Positions 58,209-64,000 of a DNA stretch of 64,000 nucleotides are shown piece by piece. The notes under the pieces are model-generated. The model saw only the letters and a list, made by a program, of their open reading frames with translations. It searched no databases and had not been told where the DNA came from. A program made the position numbers and the translations under genes. How positions within the stretch are numbered: position 1 is the stretch's first letter; each line of letters begins with the position of its first letter. Location: contig CAXXXD010000004.1 in NCBI GenBank assembly GCA_963663385.2, forward strand, positions 992,001-1,056,000. Direction: 5' to 3'. This DNA is from Oceanispirochaeta sp. (GTDB lineage: Bacteria > Spirochaetota > Spirochaetia > DSM-2461).

Positions 58209-59552
58209 TCAGGACTCCTCTTCAACCGGGGGGGATGGACGGCGTACTTTGAATGCCAGTACAAACAGTACCAGGCTTACGGACAGACAGGACAGGGATG
58301 CCATACTGTAGGAACCCGTGTACCTTTTTACCATACTGAAAAAGTAAGGGCCGATAGCAGAGCCGGCTACAAGAAATCCCATAACCTGTCCCGTAATAGC
58401 TCCCAGATGGGTAATCCCGTAATAACGGGGCCATATGACGCTGTTTGTAATATTGAACAGCCCCCCCATAATCCCGTATCCGATAATCACCATGATATAG
58501 TTTATTCCGGGAGAGAGGCGCGCCATAAAAAACATGCATACCACCTGGCTGACCAGCTGGACAATAAGGATATAGCGGATGCGGATATAATCGCTGAGCC
58601 AACTGGCGGTGAAGTTGAAAATTACAGACAGGATGGAAGCGGGAAAGAAAATTCCGATAGCCTGAATCCGGGTCATCCCCGCGGAGGCAAAGATGGATAC
58701 TATGTGAAAGGTAAATGCCGTAACATAGAGGGAGTGCATCCCCAGGGTTAAACCGATAACCCAGAAGGGGAGGGTTTTTCTGGCCTGTTTCAGAGTGAAG
58801 TCTTGAGCCGGATGGCCGGGAGGTCTCTTTCTGTTGACGGCAATTTTCTTTTTGCTGTCCGGTTTCATTCCGCATTCAAAGGGGTTGTCCCGGCTGATCA
58901 GCCAGAATAAAAGGGCACCTATCGTTGCCGTTATCCACCCGATCTGCCGCCAGGCCCCATTCCAGCCGCCGGTTTTCATCATCCCGTTAAGTACCCGCGG
59001 AGCAAGGGAGAACCCGAAAGATATGGAGATCCCCAGTATGGCGTTGGCCATTCCCCTGTGATGATCAAACCATTTCATCACCATATTTTTGGAAATAAGA
59101 GTCAGCATCCCCTGTCCCAGGAAACGGAGGAGAAAAAAGGACACGGATATGGTTAGAAACGCAACAGCAGGCGGCGACAGGGGAAGGAGCCTGTTCAGGG
59201 AGTAGAGAACCGATTCAAGGCAGGAGAGGAATAGCAGGAGGAGCCCCAGCAGAAGCGCCGAGGCAGTCCCTATTTTTCTGGCCCCGTACTGATCCAGCTT
59301 TTTTCCGGCCGGTGTCAGGATTACGGCACTGACAATGGTCCCTATCATATAAGCCAGGGAAAGATTCACTCTGGAAAGGCCCAGAACCCGGATCAGATCG
59401 TCTGTAAAAACCGATACGCCCATGGTCTGGCCCGGTATGCTCATCATCACGCCGATGATGCTCATCCCCAGTATGATCCAGCCGTAGAAAATCGGTACCC
59501 TGGACGGAGCGAATGGTACGGATGTATGTTTTTTGATTGTGCTTTGATTCAT
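58209..59552 (-). CDS. MFS transporter
   Basis: FYGWII, PGQTMGVSVF, GKKLDQYGAR, RYYGITHLGAI. Confidence 0.9.
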   Translation of the reverse strand: MNQSTIKKHTSVPFAPSRVPIFYGWIILGMSIIGVMMSIPGQTMGVSVFTDDLIRVLGLSRVNLSLAYMIGTIVSAVILTPAGKKLDQYGARKIGTASALLLGLLLLFLSCLESVLYSLNRLLPLSPPAVAFLTISVSFFLLRFLGQGMLTLISKNMVMKWFDHHRGMANAILGISISFGFSLAPRVLNGMMKTGGWNGAWRQIGWITATIGALLFWLISRDNPFECGMKPDSKKKIAVNRKRPPGHPAQDFTLKQARKTLPFWVIGLTLGMHSLYVTAFTFHIVSIFASAGMTRIQAIGIFFPASILSVIFNFTASWLSDYIRIRYILIVQLVSQVVCMFFMARLSPGINYIMVIIGYGIMGGLFNITNSVIWPRYYGITHLGAITGQVMGFLVAGSAIGPYFFSMVKRYTGSYSMASLSCLSVSLVLFVLAFKVRRPSPPVEEES

Positions 59553-59618
59553 TACCCGCCATCATAAGCGGTCTACCTGTCTCAGGCAACAGGTTGGAAA
59601 CATTATTGTCAGACAATA

Positions 59619-60098
59619 TCAGGGAATTGTTATTTCTCCTTCAAATATCAGGTCTGCCGGTTTTGATGAATCATCATCCCTGCCAGCTCCCAGAAACAGG
59701 CGGTAGGTTTTTCCTCTTTCCAGAGTTGTATCCAGTTCATCGTCGCTGTTCAGAGGGATGGAGAAGGTCATGGCTGTCCGGTCTCTATCCTGATTTCCTT
59801 CCAGCACCTGTATATCCTGGGAACCCTCCTGGAGCATATCGTTTCTGTGTTCCTCCAGGGAGCCGAAATGATCTTCTCCCATGGGAAGCCCCAGCATATC
59901 CTCCATCCAGACAATAATCAGATTGTCTTCAAGGCCGAAACCAAGCCAGCCGGTTCCGGGGCCTGTCAGATCGACTATCAGTTTTTCTCCTCTGGTTTCA
60001 CAGGACAGACTGAAATTTTCTGTATTCACCTTTTCCTGAGCTGGTACGGGAAATAAGACAGCAAGTAAAAATAAAGCGATTAAGGAATAATATTTCAT
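59619..60098 (-). CDS. Exported DOMON-like domain protein
   Basis: Signal peptide; GTGWLGFG, FSIPLNS.D. Confidence 0.65.
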   Translation of the reverse strand: MKYYSLIALFLLAVLFPVPAQEKVNTENFSLSCETRGEKLIVDLTGPGTGWLGFGLEDNLIIVWMEDMLGLPMGEDHFGSLEEHRNDMLQEGSQDIQVLEGNQDRDRTAMTFSIPLNSDDELDTTLERGKTYRLFLGAGRDDDSSKPADLIFEGEITIP

Positions 60099-60286
60099 TT
60101 CATTCTCCGGGAAATGGGCATGTTCTGATTAATTGACTGGAATAACGGGATTTCAGCTTTCCATTCCTGTTTTATTTTACGGGAATCCCCTCCGATATAT
60201 TAAGTAATTCCGTAAAAAGATCTGGAAAAATGGAATTTCCGGGGCTAGAATTGACTTTAAGTGAGACTTGTAAGGGGGATTGTTCC

Positions 60287-60829
60287 ATGGATAAACATCT
60301 GGCTGTAATAACTGCCGTAGGTAGTGACCGAATAGGAATTGTAGATGATTTCACATCATTTATCGAAGATAAGAAGGCTAACATTCAGGAGAGCCGGATG
60401 GCTGTTCTTGGAGGGGAATTTGCCGTTATTATGCTGGTTTCCGGTCAGAAGAGAGCCATCAGCGGATTAATTGGTTCCGTAGAGGAACTTGAAAAAAAAT
60501 CAGGGCTGAGAATTGAGATAAAACCGACCATTCCCCAGGACAAGGATGAAAACAGTATTCCCTATCTGCTGGAATGCGTATCCCTGGACAGCCCCGGGCT
60601 GGTACACTCGGTTACCCGGTTTATCCGTCAGGAAGGGATAAATATTGAGGACCTTGAGACTGAAACAACACACGCCCCCTGGACGGGAGCACCCCTTTTC
60701 AAGATGAAGGCTCATGTGTTTGTCCCCATGTCGCTGTCTGTCCAGAAAATAAAGGCCGGACTGACCCGGCTGGAGCAGGAGAAGGACCTGGATATTACCT
60801 TCCGTGCCATAACCGGCCAGAACAGCTGA
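60287..60829 (+). CDS. GcvR-like tandem ACT domain protein
   Basis: ITAVGSDRIGIV, NIQESRMAVLGGEF, DSPGLVHSVT..INIEDL. Confidence 0.85.
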   Translation: MDKHLAVITAVGSDRIGIVDDFTSFIEDKKANIQESRMAVLGGEFAVIMLVSGQKRAISGLIGSVEELEKKSGLRIEIKPTIPQDKDENSIPYLLECVSLDSPGLVHSVTRFIRQEGINIEDLETETTHAPWTGAPLFKMKAHVFVPMSLSVQKIKAGLTRLEQEKDLDITFRAITGQNS

Positions 60830-61786
60830 TTGGACAGTATGGTATTACAAAGCAACAGACACTATCTCTTATTCCTAGACAGGAAAGTTCTTATTGAAGA
60901 AGGCAGAACATTGACTATCGGCAGGGATGAGAACTGTGATATTTATCTGGATGAGAGAACAGTCTCCCGGCAGCATGCCAGTATCACACGGGATAAAGAC
61001 AAGGTCATAATCCGGGACCTCGGGAGTACAAACGGTATTCAGCTCAATTACAGGAATGTTACAGAACAGATTCTAAACAGTGAGGACCGCATCACAATCG
61101 GCCCTTTTGTTCTGGTCTACAGGGTCGTTTCCAATGAGGCGGCAGAAGAGAGCAATCTCAGATCCGAAGAGAATATGCTTTCGGAGACACTTGTTCTGGA
61201 AAACAAGGTTGCGGCCATTCTGAACAGTATCAAAGATCCGGATATCCGGAATCAGCTGTTTGAACTGAAGCACATTATCAACCGGTCCAAAGAGAAGCTT
61301 TCCCGGCTGGCGCTGGTGGACAGGCTGACCCTGCTGTATAACAGGCGGTACTTTGATGACGTTCTCCCCCGGGAGGTGGAACGGTCCCGCCGGTATAAAC
61401 AGGACCTCTGTCTGGTAATGATCGATATCGACCATTTCAAGGACTTCAATGATACCCACGGGCATCAGAAGGGTGATGAAATCCTGAAGGAGACCGCCCG
61501 AATAATCAGTGACAATATTCGTCTGAATGACATCGCCGCCCGCTACGGAGGAGAGGAAATGGCTGTCATCCTTCCCGAAGCCTCCCTGTCCAGCGCTTTT
61601 TTTACAGCTGAGAAACTGAGGGCTGCCATCGAAACCGAATCCCGGTTGAGAACGGGGCTTCAGGTTACAGCCAGTCTGGGTGTGGCTGCCTTTTCGGACA
61701 GTGAGAACGCTGTTTCTGATCTGATCAGCCGGGCGGACAGTGCTCTGTATAAAGCTAAGGATGCCGGGCGTAACTGTGTAAAATAG
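60830..61786 (+). CDS. FHA-GGDEF diguanylate cyclase
   Basis: IGR, VSRQHA, DLGSTNG (FHA); DIDHFK..ND..GH..GD, RYGGEE. Confidence 0.92.
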   Translation: MDSMVLQSNRHYLLFLDRKVLIEEGRTLTIGRDENCDIYLDERTVSRQHASITRDKDKVIIRDLGSTNGIQLNYRNVTEQILNSEDRITIGPFVLVYRVVSNEAAEESNLRSEENMLSETLVLENKVAAILNSIKDPDIRNQLFELKHIINRSKEKLSRLALVDRLTLLYNRRYFDDVLPREVERSRRYKQDLCLVMIDIDHFKDFNDTHGHQKGDEILKETARIISDNIRLNDIAARYGGEEMAVILPEASLSSAFFTAEKLRAAIETESRLRTGLQVTASLGVAAFSDSENAVSDLISRADSALYKAKDAGRNCVK

Positions 61787-61812
61787 ACTCCATTGCTGAA
61801 CTTGAGGAAGAA

Positions 61813-63039
61813 TTGATGAGAAAGGATCACAAAATAGGAGAGGGCCGGCCCGACCGGTTAGCGCGTATCATATGGCGTTCAGGCAGTGTTGTTGCCAGAC
61901 TGCTATATAATAGAACCCTGAATATACAGTTGAAAAACTTTGAGTGGTTTGACCAGGTCGAGCCGCCCTTTCTGATACTGGGTAACCATGTAACCAATTA
62001 TGATCCTGTTATAATCTCATCCAACCAGAAGCATCTGATTCACTGGGTGGCGGGGGATGCCGTATTCCGGCATCCTGTTCTCCGCTGGGTCTTCAACCGC
62101 ATTCAGACCATTCCGAAAACCAAAGGAACCTCCGATCTGGATACGGTACGGCTGATGCACCAGAAAGTGCGGGAAGGGGGTGTTGTCGGTTTGTTCCCCG
62201 AAGGACACGCCTGTTGGGACGGGAAAACCCATGATGTTATGCCTGCCACGGCTAAACTGGTTAAACTGCTGAAGGTGCCTGTTATCTCTGTTGTAAACCG
62301 CGGGGGGTATATCACTCAGCCCCGCTGGGTCTGGTCCGGAAACAGAAGGCGGAGCAGGATCCTTCTGGAAGCGAATCTGATGATAGGGCAGGATGAGTTA
62401 AAGAGTCTGAGCGCAGAGGATATAGACCGTAAAATTACCAAGGCCCTTTATAACGATGATTTTCTGTTCCAGAGAGAAAACCCTGTTCGCCTGGAGAGTG
62501 AAAAAAGGGCGGAACACCTGGAACTGTTCTCCTATATCTGTCCCGGATGCGGCAGTCTGGAGACACTCCGTTCAAAGGGAAATGATGTGAAGTGTCTTCA
62601 CTGCGGCTGGGGCTTTTCCATTGATCCCTACGGTCAGTTTCCTGAAGGAGGAGATTTCCCTTTTGCCGATTTAACCGAGTGGGATGCCTGGCAGCAGGGG
62701 GAAACCCGTAAAATCGCGAAAGCTTATCTTGCAGAAGAAAATCCCTCCGGTCCTTTACTGGAAGACAGGCATATCACACTCCTGACCGGTGCGGGACTTG
62801 TCCCCCTGAAGCCCTTCTGCAAGGGTGATGCCCGCCTGTTGAAGGACCGGATTCTCTTTATCCCGGTAAAGGGGGAATTACTCAGTTTTATTCTGAAAGA
62901 GGTGGAAGCCGTCAGTATTTTCAAACAGCAGAAACTGGAATTCTATTACAACAGAATACTCTACCGTTTCCATTTTGATAAACCCTGGGATTCCGCCTAT
63001 AAGTGGCTCTCTTTTATAGAGGTTCTTCAGGAGGACTGA
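61813..63039 (+). CDS. Lysophospholipid/glycerol acyltransferase (PlsC-like) with a C-terminal Zn-ribbon region
   Basis: NHVTNYD, LFPEG; CPGC..CLHC. Confidence 0.85.
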   Translation: MMRKDHKIGEGRPDRLARIIWRSGSVVARLLYNRTLNIQLKNFEWFDQVEPPFLILGNHVTNYDPVIISSNQKHLIHWVAGDAVFRHPVLRWVFNRIQTIPKTKGTSDLDTVRLMHQKVREGGVVGLFPEGHACWDGKTHDVMPATAKLVKLLKVPVISVVNRGGYITQPRWVWSGNRRRSRILLEANLMIGQDELKSLSAEDIDRKITKALYNDDFLFQRENPVRLESEKRAEHLELFSYICPGCGSLETLRSKGNDVKCLHCGWGFSIDPYGQFPEGGDFPFADLTEWDAWQQGETRKIAKAYLAEENPSGPLLEDRHITLLTGAGLVPLKPFCKGDARLLKDRILFIPVKGELLSFILKEVEAVSIFKQQKLEFYYNRILYRFHFDKPWDSAYKWLSFIEVLQED

Positions 63040-63463
63040 TCAGATCCTCCTTCCCGGCTTTTCTTCGGATCCGGTTGATTCCGTTATGTATGCTGTTCCG
63101 TGAGATAAGGGAAATCTCCATTTTCCTTTTTCCCGGGAAATCCATCAGAAAAATACCGGCCATTATGGTAAGCAGTCCCTGTCCGGGGATAAAAAGCATA
63201 ATAAATCCCAGGATAAGCAGCAGGAATCCTGTTATATTTTTCACTCCTGTCAGGAGCAGTCTCAGGATCAGTAAGCCTTTTCCGGTAGAGGGATGCCGTT
63301 CCTTTCTGGTATGGATGAAATAGTCCGGAGGTATCCGGATCAGGATCAGGGGCAGAATGAGAAGGGTTCCGAAAAATGTCAGAACCGAGATGCTCCCCAG
63401 GATCCAGATCAGATTCGGATACCCGCTGACAATGCTGTCTAATTCAGAGGACAAGAAGTCCAT
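63014..63463 (-). CDS. PGPGW-family membrane protein
   Basis: IPPDYF, KNITG, MLFIPGQGLLTI..G..LMDFPGK. Confidence 0.8.
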   Translation of the reverse strand: MDFLSSELDSIVSGYPNLIWILGSISVLTFFGTLLILPLILIRIPPDYFIHTRKERHPSTGKGLLILRLLLTGVKNITGFLLLILGFIMLFIPGQGLLTIMAGIFLMDFPGKRKMEISLISRNSIHNGINRIRRKAGKEDLISPPEEPL

Positions 63464-64000
63464 AATCCATCAGTTCCGTAAAGAGGGGCTTTTCAAACCA
63501 GAGAGAACCGTCTATCCCGAATTGTTCCGCCAGAATTTCGGCATCACAAGCGCTGATCCCCCTTTTATTTTCCCGTTTCGGATCAGCCTGTTTTAAAAGT
63601 TCCATAATAAAAAGGCCTTCATCTTTTTCTACAGTAAGAAGCTCCTGATAGCTGTTGCCGCGGAAGATCAGTGTCTCGCCTTCCAGCTGCGGCGGATTCT
63701 CTATCCAGATCAGACGGGAATCATTTTTCAGATCAAGTTCCATGGGGCTGCCGAGGAGAGCGGCAATCTCTCTTTTTTTGACTTTGGGAGAAGGGGTTCT
63801 GAAATCGAACCAGTTTCTGAGAGGCATGGAGAACCCCTTGTTGTTCATATAATTGTAGAGAGCCGTTCTTAATCCCTCACCGTACCGGGACAGATCAGGG
63901 CTATCCTGATCAAAAAGAAGGTCGTTCCTGGCAAAACCGGCAAATTCAGGTCCTTTTATCCTGACTCCGTACTTTTCGGGATTTTTTCCGACCGGGCTGT
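63444..64000 (-). CDS. C-terminal part of a probable radical SAM protein (runs off the window)
   Basis: Frame is open to the window edge: SPVGKNPEKYGV...FARND...GEGLRTALYNYM...WFDF, resembling the C-terminus of B12-binding radical SAM proteins. Confidence 0.55.
   Translation of the reverse strand, partial: SPVGKNPEKYGVRIKGPEFAGFARNDLLFDQDSPDLSRYGEGLRTALYNYMNNKGFSMPLRNWFDFRTPSPKVKKREIAALLGSPMELDLKNDSRLIWIENPPQLEGETLIFRGNSYQELLTVEKDEGLFIMELLKQADPKRENKRGISACDAEILAEQFGIDGSLWFEKPLFTELMDYGLLVL

Overview
Bacterial chromosomal window, probably from a free-living anaerobic spirochaete (Spirochaetaceae-like). This is inferred from the lipoprotein styles, MCPs and an SPS-1-like enzyme. The flanks are housekeeping or metabolic: two MCPs, an E. 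coli ygc-like FAD-oxidoreductase/MFS/ETF/SDR/kinase cluster plus a BCCT transporter, an unusually long glutamate dehydrogenase, a cobalamin riboswitch-controlled cbiK/ABC operon, an Rrf2-headed DUF1858/GTPase/ABC-ATPase operon, GAF-PtsP, a frameshifted PiT and an FHA-GGDEF protein. The centrepiece (about 20.7-32.3 kb) is an AT-rich decaying integron. It has a ruined intI (premature stop, frameshift, no catalytic domain), a candidate attI and Pc, and about 13 gene cassettes or cassette remnants delimited by intact or eroded attC sites. One cassette is interrupted by a complete IS66 element with an 8-bp TSD. Another carries, with its own promoter, a lipoprotein SPS-1/SPM-1-like metallo-beta-lactamase. 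Several cassettes with unrelated genes share a conserved non-coding envelope containing paired GCCATCCATGGC-like motifs.
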